NCBI RefSeq assembly: GCF_000142905.1
Contig: NW_013657624.1
Location: forward strand, 38,235-102,234
Length of the DNA stretch: 64,000 nucleotides
Direction: 5' to 3'
From: Thecamonas trahens ATCC 50062
Lineage: Eukaryota; Protista; Apusomonadida
Positions within the stretch are counted from its first letter, which is position 1, and each line of letters opens with the position of its first letter. The translations under genes were made by a program, and so were the position numbers. The notes under the pieces were generated by a model. The model made no database searches, was not told the origin of the DNA, and saw only the letters and a program-made list of their open reading frames with translations. Shown in pieces: positions 10,908 to 21,857 of the stretch.

Positions 10908-12194
10908 TCAACGCTTGAAGAGACCGGGATTGAAGCGGATGACAACGTACGAGACGATGGCGGCGACAACGGCGAGGCCCATGGGAACATACAGGCCCGA
11001 GACGCTAATGAACGACATCTCCTCCACACCTGACGGGAGGAGCGACTTGAACCGCTGGCCGAACCACACTTTGCGCAAATCTTCCAAAAAGCCGTCCTCA
11101 AAGGTCGAGATGATGGCGCCGTTGATGGTATCCACCAAGCTCGAGTTCGACTTGAGCACCATGGCAAAGCGATCGGAAGAGAGCCGCTCGCCGAGAATGT
11201 CGTATCGGTCGTCAAAGTCGCGGGTGTTCTTCAGATACCACAGCGTCGGCGAGTCGAAGAACAGCGCGCCGACAACGTCCGAAGTGAGGGCGGTGAAGCC
11301 GGCCACCACCGATGGGAAGACCACAGTAGTTGCCGCCGGCAGGTTCTGCCCTACCCAGCCCACGCCGTCGGTCCCGTTGACCACGCCGATGATCTCGCCG
11401 TTGAGCTGCGACGCGTCGTTAATGTCGGACCGCAGCTGCTCGACAATGAGGATCGATGCCAAGTTCGCCGTGTACGCCGCCACAAACACAATGGTGAGGT
11501 ACGACCAAGCCACAGAGTACATGCGCGTGGGAAAGCCGCGAAGATCGCGGGTCTGTGCTTTGACCAAGACCGAGAAGCAGTACCACACGCCCTCGTTGAC
11601 GCCGGACAGCAGCGATCGCGGGAAGAGCCGCGGCTGATACTCACGCTCAAAGAACCAGATGACAAAGCCTGAGAAGAAGAGAAGCACAGAGGCAGATGCC
11701 CAGAGCCAGAACGTGAACGGGGCCGTGAAGAGAAAGATGTTGACCTGAGTATTCCTCCGCAGCACAATGGCATCGAGACCCGAGTGAAAGTAGACGTGCG
11801 AGAACTTGACCCTGGAGAGCAAGGCCGGATCAATGGCCACCGACGCCACGCCAACCGCCTCGGCCACCGCCGCAGACTCGACCGCCTCTACCACATCGCT
11901 CTTGTCGATCAGCTGGTACTCAAACGACTCGGCGTCGCCGCTCAGCTGCAGCCTCGTGAAAACCCGATTCCAGAGATCGATGTCAAAGCCCTCGTAACGG
12001 ACGCTCCCACTGCTGTCCACAACCTGGTACACAAACGGCGGCTGCTCAGCAATGTACACCACAAGATGTGTCCCGTTGTTGCTGCTGCCGTTGCTGTTGG
12101 AGCTCGCGCCCTCCGCCGGCGTCACTTGGCTGCACAAAGCGAGCATCGCCACTGCCACCGCCGCCACAACCTCAAGTCGCATGCGGAGCGCCAT
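10908..12194 (-). CDS. Ionotropic glutamate receptor-like channel 2 (no ATD)
   Basis: Signal peptide MALRMRLEVVAAVAVAMLAL, EQPPFVY..YEGFDIDLW, FTAPFTFWLW, EGVWYCF, AAYTANLASIL, S2 and C-terminal TM. Clear paralog of the neighbouring gene. Confidence 0.9.
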   Translation of the reverse strand: MALRMRLEVVAAVAVAMLALCSQVTPAEGASSNSNGSSNNGTHLVVYIAEQPPFVYQVVDSSGSVRYEGFDIDLWNRVFTRLQLSGDAESFEYQLIDKSDVVEAVESAAVAEAVGVASVAIDPALLSRVKFSHVYFHSGLDAIVLRRNTQVNIFLFTAPFTFWLWASASVLLFFSGFVIWFFEREYQPRLFPRSLLSGVNEGVWYCFSVLVKAQTRDLRGFPTRMYSVAWSYLTIVFVAAYTANLASILIVEQLRSDINDASQLNGEIIGVVNGTDGVGWVGQNLPAATTVVFPSVVAGFTALTSDVVGALFFDSPTLWYLKNTRDFDDRYDILGERLSSDRFAMVLKSNSSLVDTINGAIISTFEDGFLEDLRKVWFGQRFKSLLPSGVEEMSFISVSGLYVPMGLAVVAAIVSYVVIRFNPGLFKR

Positions 12195-12459
12195 ACTGAC
12201 TGCAGCACGGGAGGGGAGCGAGGAGAGGAGGACGACAAGTGCACGTGGATGCCCACGGAGAAGGGAAGGGCAGGAGGAAGATGGTGAGGTGAAGTACCGG
12301 GTGGCTTGGGGGGGAGGGAGGGGGGGCGGCGAGAGAGGCGCGCAATGAAAAATGAGCGTTTCGACAATTAGGCCACAGCCAGCCGTCATCTCGCGCGAGA
12401 GCAATGGAGGACGGGGGCGGGGGTAGGGGTGGGGTAGAGGGGCAAGGCGGCCGCGACAC

Positions 12460-13806
12460 TTAGATAGCCTCCATACCGCAAGTATCGACGTTGACCGGCG
12501 CCCAACCGATGCGGTGGTTGGCGCGGTCAAAGACAATGGTATAGCGGACAAGGAGGGTGTCGCCGACAATGACAAGGCCGTTGGGCCCGGTCGGCGAGAC
12601 GGCGAGGCAGGTCTGGCCGGGCTTGCCGATGGAGCCAAAGTTGGCGAGCAAGTACTGCGGCGGCGAGATGACGAGCGAGATGCCCGGGACCTCGAGGACA
12701 AAGTCTGGGTAGGCGGCGACGTCGGCAGGCGAGAGATCGAAGCACTTGCCATCAAACAGGGTCTGGCCCTCCGGCACGTTGCACATACCGGTCAGGTTCG
12801 TGGTCGCACACATGTCGAGCAGGCTTTGCTTAAACGAGGCAAAGGCCTTGTCGTTGAGCAGCAGGTCGTTGGTGCCGGTGTCGATGATGACCGTAGGGAG
12901 GACGCCGGTGAGCGGCTTGCCGCCGACCGTCATGGCGTCGACGGCCATGACGTAGAACGGGGCGTACGGACCGGACGCCGCGTTGGGCGTCCACTGCAGC
13001 TCGCCGTGGAAGAGGTCGTCGTCGACGCCGCCAAACACAATCGTTCCGTTGGAGCGGCCGCCGTTTGGGCGGAGGCAGAGCGACCAGACGTCGGCCGGAA
13101 GGGCGCCGGCGTTGACAAGCTGCGAGAAGACCGAGGTCTCTGCCGGCGGGCCGGCCATGCCCATCACGCCGTCGACGGTCTCAAACTGGTAGAAGCCCTC
13201 GGTCTGGTAGTCAATGGCCCCAACAAGCACCGTGGTTGCTGCCGAGCCGGCCAGCGCCACCTTGTCCGAGTACCACGGGCCCTTGATGGTGCACGGGGCG
13301 GTGGGATCGGTCGGCTTGCACGTCTCGTACGTGTTGGAAAAGCTGCACACATCGCCTGCGCTGGTGTGAGCACACGACGATGACATAATGCCATCACAGG
13401 TGTGCGAGGGGCAGGCAAGCGGAGCCGATGACGACGACGCCGAAGGATCATACGCCTTGTTCGGCGGCTTGGTGATGCAGCCATGGCAGCCAGCGAGCGG
13501 CACGTTGAGGGTAAACGAGCCGGAATCGATGGCGACGGGGAAAAAGACGGGCGGCGAGCCAATTTCCACATTTGTCCAGAAAATGGAAACAGGCCAGATG
13601 GAGCCACCCACGCCCTGCTCCAGCGCCTTGCCGTGGCTGGCGAGCAGTGCCCGATGGCCTGGGAGCAGGTCCTTCGCCTCGGTGCTCCTCTTGCTCTTGT
13701 GGACATGGTGCTTGACGACTCCGCCAGCAGACGCAATGCTCGCAAACGCCATGCACATCACCAAGCCCAGCACAATGGCCCCGAGTGTTTGCTTTGGAAT
13801 GCCCAT
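12460..13806 (-). CDS. Secreted A1 (pepsin-family) aspartic protease
   Basis: Signal peptide; catalytic motifs VAIDSGS and IIDTGT; IVGDTLL..YTIVFDRANHRIGWA. Confidence 0.92.
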   Translation of the reverse strand: MGIPKQTLGAIVLGLVMCMAFASIASAGGVVKHHVHKSKRSTEAKDLLPGHRALLASHGKALEQGVGGSIWPVSIFWTNVEIGSPPVFFPVAIDSGSFTLNVPLAGCHGCITKPPNKAYDPSASSSSAPLACPSHTCDGIMSSSCAHTSAGDVCSFSNTYETCKPTDPTAPCTIKGPWYSDKVALAGSAATTVLVGAIDYQTEGFYQFETVDGVMGMAGPPAETSVFSQLVNAGALPADVWSLCLRPNGGRSNGTIVFGGVDDDLFHGELQWTPNAASGPYAPFYVMAVDAMTVGGKPLTGVLPTVIIDTGTNDLLLNDKAFASFKQSLLDMCATTNLTGMCNVPEGQTLFDGKCFDLSPADVAAYPDFVLEVPGISLVISPPQYLLANFGSIGKPGQTCLAVSPTGPNGLVIVGDTLLVRYTIVFDRANHRIGWAPVNVDTCGMEAI

Positions 13807-13862
13807 GGTCGTACCAGAGTCACGTGTGGCGTCCGGCTGGTGTGGCGACCGGCCGCAATCAA

Positions 13863-13918
13863 GGCCGGCGACCGGTTGGTGGCCGGCGACCGGTTGGTGG
13901 CCGGCGACCGGCCGGCGA
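13863..13918. repeat. 18-bp tandem repeat (GGCCGGCGACCGGTTGGT) x~3 upstream of the protease start
   Basis: Directly visible. Confidence 0.8.
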
Positions 13919-13972
13919 CACACGCGAGCAAACTAGGGGGGGGGTCAGTGGAGGCGACACTGTCTCTGCTGT

Positions 13973-16900
13973 TTACTTGCGACGGACCTTAGTAAAGCCG
14001 TCAGCATCGGTCTCGGGCTCGTTGGAGCGACGGGACGATGAGGCGCCGCCCTGGCGGGTCCGGCCCCAGTCGCGGTCGTCACGGCCGCTATCGCGCGACG
14101 AGTAACCGCCACGCCCGCTGCCGTACCGGTCGCCACCACGGCCACCGCCGTAGCCACGGTCGCCGCCGCGGTCGCCGCCGCGGTCGCCGCCGCGGTCGCC
14201 GCCGTACCGGTCACCGCCACGCCCGCCGCCAAAGCCGCGGTCGCCGCCGCGGTCGCCATCGCGCCCGCCGTTGTACCGGTCGCCGCCACGGCCACCAAAA
14301 CCGCGGTCGCCGCCACGGTCACCGCCGCGGTCACCACCGTACCGGTCGCCGCCACGGCCACCGCCAAAGCCACGGTCGCCGCCGTACCGGTCGCCGCCAC
14401 GGCCGCCATCGCGCCCGCCATCGCGCCCGCCGTCGCGCCCACCGTCGCCACGACCCCAGGCACGGCCGCCGCCGCGTCCGCCGTCGCGGTCGCCATCGCC
14501 ACGGCCCCAGGCCGAGCGCGAGGGTGGCTCGCGGTCGCCACGGTCGCCGCGGGTCGCCGAACCGGTCGCCGCTGCGGGCCGGGGCCGCAGCCGCAGCCGG
14601 GGCCGGGGCGTCCCTCGTCCGCACCGCTCGAGCGGGCGGGCTCGTGACGCGAGCGGCCGCGCCAGGCGCCCGGACTCCTGCTCGTGGTTGAGGGTCTCCA
14701 TTGCCTCGAGGATGCTCGCGGTCTGCATGACGCTGACACGCTCCTCCTCGGCCTCATCAGCCTTCTTCTCCGCCATCTCGGCATCGTAGCGGTCGTGGCG
14801 CTCGGCGTTGCTCAGCGCTCAGCGCGGCGCTTGGCGCGGGCCTTGGCCTCGCGCTCGCGCTTGCGGGTCTCGCCAGCAATAAAGGCCTCGACGCGGTCGT
14901 ACTCGTCGGCGTGGGCCTCACGACGCTTCGCGAGGACCCGGGTGTAAAAGGCGTCGGTGAGCTTGACAACCATGGGGTCAGTGCGGAGAGCCTTGAGCTC
15001 GAGCATCGAGTCGTGCTCGGCCCGGTGCTTGGCCTTGTACTCGTCCTTGGCGGCGTTGTACAGCGAGGCGTTGGTCACCGACTGCTTCTCAAAGGCGTCC
15101 TGGATGAGCGGCCCCTCGACCTCGCGGCGGTACCGCTCGAGGTGGTCCATGCGGCGGAAGAGCGACTCGGTCCGCTCGGCCATGGTATTCTTCTCCTTGG
15201 AAATCTGCGTCACGTACTTGTCGAGCAGCGTCTTCCGATCGATGACCTCGCCGTCGTCGTCGATCTCGACGCCCTTGGCCTCCATCTCCGCCTTGAGCTC
15301 CTCCAGCCGCTTGCGCTCGCGCTCGGCCTTGACCTTCTCCTCCTTCTTGCGCTCGCGCTCGAGCTTGTCGGCCTCGAGCCGCTCCGCGGTCTCGCGCGCA
15401 ATGCGCTCCTTCTCCTCGGCGGCGGCACGCTCGCGCGCCTCGCGCGCGGCCTTGCGCTCGGCCTCCTCCTTCTCCTGTCGCGCCTGGATCTCGGCCTTGC
15501 GCTTGAGCAGCATGCGGTGCTCGTTGCGGACCGACGCCGCCGCCACGGTGGCAACCCGCTGTGCGAGCTCGGCACGCTCCTGCTCCCGAGGCGCAATCAT
15601 CTTGGACGCCTTGGAGAGCGACGACGCGAGGTCAACAAGATGCGACGCGAGTGTCGTGTCGTGCATAAAGCCCGACTTGAAGGTCAGAGTCTGCTCCACG
15701 TGGTTGATGGTGAGCGAGACCCGCCCGAGCCGCACAGACTCGCACGCGAGATCCTCCAGCCGCGCTGCGTCAAGCGTGATGGCGAGCTTGGTCAGCGTCG
15801 AGAGCTGCACCACAGAGTACACCTGCGCGAGCTCCTCAAGCAGGAGCATAAATGCCACCTCCTCGAGGCCGACCGCGTAGTTGGCAAGGTGCGGCTGGGC
15901 GCGGACGTAAGCCAGAATCGGCTCGAGCCGCTCAAACTTGGAGAGCGGCTCAAAGTCGGCCACAAGCGCCGGGTAGAGCTCAGCAAGCTCCGGCGCCGCG
16001 AGCTCGACAATGCCGCGCTCGATGATCTCCGCCACGAGCTGGTCGCGCGTCGGAAGCGACGAGGTGTGCAGCAGCTGGCCGAGACGCACAGACTTGTCCG
16101 ACGAGCCCTCAAGCGTCGTCACAATCGCCTGCGTCCGCGAGTTCTCCGAGAGCGGGATAGAGAGCGCGCCCACAAGCAGCGACGACGCCATCCGAGCCAC
16201 CGTCTCCTGCGTCATCGACCGGTTGTGCTTCTGGTAGAGCGTAAAGACCTTGAGCGCCGCGTACGTGTGCATGACCTTGTAGTCAGCGTGCCAGCAGAGG
16301 AGTGCAACCCGCTCGTAGTACGCCGCCATCATCTGCGGCGCAATCGGCCGCGGCGACATCTCCATCAGCCGGTACAGCTCCTCCACAGTCTCAAACGCCT
16401 TCTGCCACGAGCCGAGCTCCATCGCCGTCGAGAGCTGCACAAACCGCGTCTCCATGTGCAGACGCAGCGACTCGCCGTCCTCGGCGTTGAGCTTCACCGC
16501 GTTTGGCGAGTTCTTGTTGTCCTCCTGGTACTGCACAATCGACTTGAGGTGCGAGTGCAGCGTGTCGCAGAACCGCCGAAAGTCCGACTTGAGCTCGTAC
16601 CGCTTGCAAAAGTCAAACGCCATCCGCGCCAGGTTGTGGTACATCACTTCCATCGTGATCTTGTTCCGCAGGATGTCGAGAATCGCCCGGTACGCGTCGT
16701 ACTCAAACCGCAGCCACGGCTTGACAATAACGCGCTCCAGCCGCTTGCTCAGCGAGTCGCCCGACGAAATCACAAGCTGCTTCTCGAGCGGGTCCTCCGG
16801 GAGGAACTCGCCCGAGTCCGACGTCAGCGCCTCGGCGAGCTTCGCCTGCGCCTCCACCACCTTCTCCTCCGTGTACGACAGCAGGTACTTCATCACACGG

Positions 16901-17153
16901 TCGAGCGACGCAAGCTTGACGTACTGCGTCAGCGTCTTGTACTGGTGCAGGCCATCCTTCATCTCGGCAGCGCGCCGCTGCTCCACGCACAGCTTGATGA
17001 ACAGCATCATCGTCTCCTCATGCGCAGGCGTGAACTCGTCGCGCCGCGACTTGTTGAGGAACTCGTGAAGCGAGTTGAGCGCCTCTGCATTCTCGCCCAC
17101 AGCGAGGAGCTCAGACGCCCGCTTGGCCGCCGTTTCAGGCTTGGTGATACGGA
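13973..17153 (-). CDS. EIF3A: Eukaryotic translation initiation factor 3 subunit A; apparent frameshift at ~14815; first exon not resolved
   Basis: KPETAAKRASELL N-terminus, KDGLHQYK, PWLRFEYDAYRAILDILRN, ETRFVQLSTAMELGSWQKAF, PCI domain, coiled coil, MDHLERYRREVE, RGGD-repeat tail ending DADGFTKVRRK. Confidence 0.93.
14100..14505 (-). repeat. Coding RGGD/DRYGG repeat array of the eIF3a C-terminus
   Basis: 12-bp-based repeats translating to (GGDR)n. Confidence 0.85.
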
Positions 17154-17404
17154 CTGCGCGCGATCAAAGGTCATCAATCAGCAACCACGAGATAGGTCCG
17201 GGTGTGGGTGCGGTACGAGTACGAGTGTGAGTAGAGGCACAACATTGGACGAAATGATTGCGCCCACGAGTCGGTAATGGCGTGATCACAGACATTGCAG
17301 AATGACAAGCCAAGGGTCAAAGCCACACAAGTGCAGCAGGGTCAAGCAGACCACGACCATGACGACCACGACCACAACGACGACGACACGACGACGACAT
17401 GACA

Positions 17405-17630
17405 GCAGCCAAGCCAGCCAACCAGCCAACAACCAACAACCAGCCAAGCCAGCCAACCAGCCAACAACCAACCACCAGCCAAGCCAGCCAAGCCAGCCAA
17501 GCCAGCCAACCAGCCAACAACCAACCACCAGCCAAGCCAGCCAAGCCAGCCAACCAGCCAACCAGCCAACCAACCAACCAGACCAAGTCACACACACACA
17601 CACACACACACATAAACACACACACACGTG
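17405..17630. repeat. Degenerate (CCAA/CCAG)n followed by (CA)n microsatellite, next to an assembly gap
   Basis: Directly visible. Confidence 0.85.
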
Positions 17631-17719
17631 CATACAATTACATGATGGAGACCAGAGTGAGTCACAGTCCACTGTTTGTGTATGTGTTCCATCCATAGTT
17701 GATGATGTGGAGGAGGGGG

Positions 17720-18102
17720 NNNNNNNNNNNNNNNNNNNNNNNNNNNNNNNNNNNNNNNNNNNNNNNNNNNNNNNNNNNNNNNNNNNNNNNNNNNNNNNNN
17801 NNNNNNNNNNNNNNNNNNNNNNNNNNNNNNNNNNNNNNNNNNNNNNNNNNNNNNNNNNNNNNNNNNNNNNNNNNNNNNNNNNNNNNNNNNNNNNNNNNNN
17901 NNNNNNNNNNNNNNNNNNNNNNNNNNNNNNNNNNNNNNNNNNNNNNNNNNNNNNNNNNNNNNNNNNNNNNNNNNNNNNNNNNNNNNNNNNNNNNNNNNNN
18001 NNNNNNNNNNNNNNNNNNNNNNNNNNNNNNNNNNNNNNNNNNNNNNNNNNNNNNNNNNNNNNNNNNNNNNNNNNNNNNNNNNNNNNNNNNNNNNNNNNNN
18101 NN
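17720..18102. other. Assembly gap (N run)
   Basis: Run of N. Confidence 1.
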
Positions 18103-18395
18103 CATATAATCGTTTGTCCCTTCGCCACGCCCCCCCCCCCCCCACACACACACATCTTATCATCACCATCACCATCACCATCACATCCCTATTCCCCGAT
18201 CCCTTCCCGATTCCCAGCCTCCCCCCCTCCCCCACTCCCCTCATAATCAATCACCAACGTTCAAGTAATCGTTGGCCACCTCCTCCCGCCCCACACCCGC
18301 ACCACCTCACTTCCACGCCCTCTCTCCATATCCACCTCTGGCCGACTGCACTGTCGCAGCAGCCTTTCTCCCTTTTACGTATACACGTGGAAGCC

Positions 18396-20176
18396 ATGAG
18401 CCTACCACGCCCCCACACACAACCGGCTCAACCACCACATCCACCCAGCCAGTACGGCAAGGCGTCCACCTACTCGTACTCGTACTCGTACTCCCACTCG
18501 GACGACTCATCACATCTCTCGTCATCATCATCATCATCGTCGTCGTCGTCATCATTACCGTCGCCGCCATCGTCACCGCCACTATCATCCCTCTCCGCAC
18601 ACCGCCATCGCCTCATCCGCCCGCTGACTCCGCCGTCCACCTCGGCTCCATCTGCGCCTCTATCATCAACAAGATATGATGAGTTCGATAGTCCGCTGCG
18701 GATGGGAAAGGCTCGCCTCAAGCTCCGCCTTCCGCCTACCACACCCGCGTTGCCCCCTCCTCCATCTTCTTCCTCAAGCGCAATCCCCCGCGCCCATCGG
18801 AGGCCGCCAGCATCGCTCGTCTCGCCACGCATCGGCCGAACCGCCATCACTCTTCCGCCACTGCCAGAATCGAATCTTGCCCGCCGTGCATCGCTCCCGC
18901 TGCCGCCTGTCGTCGTCTCTCCGCGTGCGGCCCCAGCGAGCCGATCCCGCCCATCCTCACGAAATCGGTCCCGACGAAAGCCCAAAGTGGCGATCCCCAG
19001 TGAGACCGGCCACGCCGCAGGCTACACCATGCTCGACAAGCCGCGTCGCGCCCAGATGACAGAGGCCTGCACTGGGACCCTCTACGGCGACCGCGCAGCC
19101 GCCACTGTCCGCATCGCCGCCCTCGCCTACGTCTCGCTTGTCTCGCGGACCAAGGACCGGACGGTTCTCGTCGACCTCGCCTCGCCCAGCTCGCCGGCAG
19201 CCTGCGTCGTCGCAGTCCCATCCAAGCTTGTCCGCCGTCTCACCCGCAAGTACGCTCGCCCGTCGTATGCGACCCCGTTCTGCATCTCACTCGTCAAGCT
19301 CACTCCGACCATGCGCAAGCTGCCCGGCATGATGGCCTACGAGCTAGCTCTCCGCGCAGAGCTCCTCGAGCGCAACGCCTACCGCAAGTTCTCCCGCGTT
19401 CCGCACACGACCGACGCCACCCTCTTCTCGCTTCGCTACGGCTCGCTCTTCACCACCCGCCACCGCCTCCGCTTCTTCACCCGCGCGTCATCAAGCTCCA
19501 GCTCGCCCTCAGTGACCACATCAACCCACTCACACGCCTCCTCACTGGCGCCAAGCAAGCTCTCGTCATTGCAGGCTTCCTCGGCGTCTACCTCGCCGCG
19601 TTTGTCGACGACGCCCCAGTCCACGAGCCCGCCCAAGACCACCCGCTCCACCTCGCACCGTCGTCGCTCAACGTCCTCCGCCGCACTCTCTCCGATGTCG
19701 AGCCAGGTGCCACTCCGCGCTCTATCGATACCTCGCGGCTCATTGAGCTCCCTATCTCGCGCCAAGATCGCCTCGGTGAGCTCGGCTACGAGGCGCTCTG
19801 CGTCTGGGAGCCTGACATCGATCTCAAGCTCCTCCGTGCCCCGACACTCAGCGCCGGTTCCGAGACAGCATCGGGCCCTGCCGGGCCCATCCGCATCATG
19901 CTCATTGTCGACGTCAACCTCTACCCGCTCGCCACCCCAATCCGCTTCATCAAGCCGCTCGCCATCGACGTCGACGAGCACCGCGCGCCCCTCGGCCCAC
20001 CCTCGCGCGCCGCCATTCCCATCGGCTTTGATACCCTGCACGATCGCCTCATCCATGCCTCGCCACCGATCAACGTCATCAATGCCGACCTCGCTGTCTC
20101 GGCCACAAAATCCGCCGGCAAACTCGCAGTCTCCCACCTCCACCGCCGCCTCTGTGCCACCGACCACCACCTCTGA
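18396..20176 (+). CDS. Hypothetical protein (Pro/Ser-rich N-terminus); apparent frameshift at ~19484
   Basis: The ORF turns Ser-rich and off-frame after RLRFFTR. The -1 frame continues with normal codon usage (RVIKLQLALSDHINPL..MLIVDVNLYPLATP..) to TGA 20176. Confidence 0.55.
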
Positions 20177-20247
20177 CGGCTGCCGCTCTTGGCCATCACT
20201 CCCACTCAACTGTGCGCCCCCCCCCCCCCACCTTACCACTCATCAAC

Positions 20248-21838
20248 ATGGCCATCATCCCGCACGCTGCCGCAAACGCCCTCGATACCGCCCAGACTGC
20301 CCTCGACGCCCTCGCTGCTGATGTCGACCTCCTCTGTGAGCCGATCCTCGCCGCCGCAGGCGACGACGCGCCGCACGCCGCTGACGAGCTTGCCGCCGCT
20401 CGCACAGACCTCCAAGCTGCGCTCGTCGGTACCCAGCGTACGCACCTTCCTTACACACAGACACACCCTCTCTCACTCTCCCTTACCCGTACCCATCGGG
20501 TGCCATTTCCTTCATCTGTGTTCTCTGTACCCTGTTGGCCACCTCACTTTGGCGTGTCGCTCTTTTTGACGCCCTTTTCCGGAGATCGGTGTTTCTCGCT
20601 CATGATCACGCGTGATCAGAGCTCCTCACACAACATGCCCATGTTCTTCTGCGACCTTTTCCCGCTCCTCACTGCCCCCCTCCTTCCCCTATCCGCATCT
20701 AGAGCTCATTCAGCTGACCATCTCTGAGGCCGAGGACTTGCGGATGCACCAGCTGACCACCATCGACAGCCTCCGTGCCCAGCTCGCCTCAAACTCAGCC
20801 GAGCTGGCTGCCGCCTCGGCTGCCGCCGCCTCCGTTCGCTCAAGCCTCACCGCCGCAAATGCTCGCTGCGACGATCTCCGCCGTCAGCTGCAATCCGCCC
20901 GTGCTGCTGCTGCCGCCGCCACCGCTGCTCCTCCTCCTCCCCGGCCGCATCCGGCTGTCACTGTCGTTACCGCTCTCAGCCTCCCCCTGGCGGCTTTGGT
21001 GTGGTCAGCGACTCATGCAAGCGATCTCGATCTGAGCCAGGCGCCCGCCGACGCCTCTGGCTCGCTCCTCGCCACCCTTCCGGCCCTGCTGCACGCAATG
21101 GCACCCGCTGAGCACGACACCCTACCTGGGGCGGCCTTGGCAAGCCTGATCACAGCGGCAGCGGCAGCCGAGTCCGGCGCAGCCCCGGCCCGCGCCCGCC
21201 CGGCAGCCATGACCACCATGCCTGGCTGCACGGCTCTGACCGCCGGCCGTTCTTGCCGAGACCCAGGCCGTGAATCCGGCGTTGACGCACTGCGGATGGT
21301 CCTGGTCGCCGAGGCCGTTCTCGGTGCGCTCGGCAACTCGGCATCGCGGCCAACCGGGCGGCTGGCCATCCTCGAGTCCGACGGCGTCGTTGACGCCCTC
21401 ACTGCCATGCTCCTCGCGCTCGTTGACGCCACCGAGGCAATGCTCACCGCCTCACCGGGCCCATCGTCGTCGACCGGCCTTCATCTCTCTGCTCAAATTG
21501 AGCTCGCTTCGCGCCTTGTCACGCTTGTCCTCATCGCCATGTTCAACATCTCGCTCGGCCAACGCGGCGCACGTGAGCTCGTCGCCCGCGAGCCCGACAC
21601 CCGGTCGGCCCTCTGCTGGATCGCCCGTTCCTGGCCCTCGGACGACATCCGTGTCAAGGCAGTTCACCTCCTCTACTCTTTCCTCGAGTTCAAGGCCTTT
21701 ACCCTCGCCTCTGAGCCCGAGCACGCTTCAGCTCGCGCCTTTTTTGCCGGTCTCGCCGCCGACGACAACGACACCATCCGCAACACCGCACACGCCATTC
21801 TCTCCCACCTCCACGCCAAACCGGCGCCGTCCAAGTAA
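20248..21838 (+). CDS. Coiled-coil plus armadillo protein, HSF2BP/MEILB2-like; intron 20438-20702
   Basis: The GTACGC..TAG intron joins the exons in frame. A coiled coil is followed by AVLGALGNSASRPTGRLAILES..LVTLVLIAMFNISLGQRGARELV..ALCWIARSWPSDDIRVKAVHLLYSFL, which resembles the HSF2BP ARM domain as I recall it. Confidence 0.65.
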
Positions 21839-21857
21839 AAAGGCCTCATGCTACGCC

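Noticed and set aside
17286-18250. ORFs spanning the N gap
   Set aside because: Artefacts of microsatellites and N runs.
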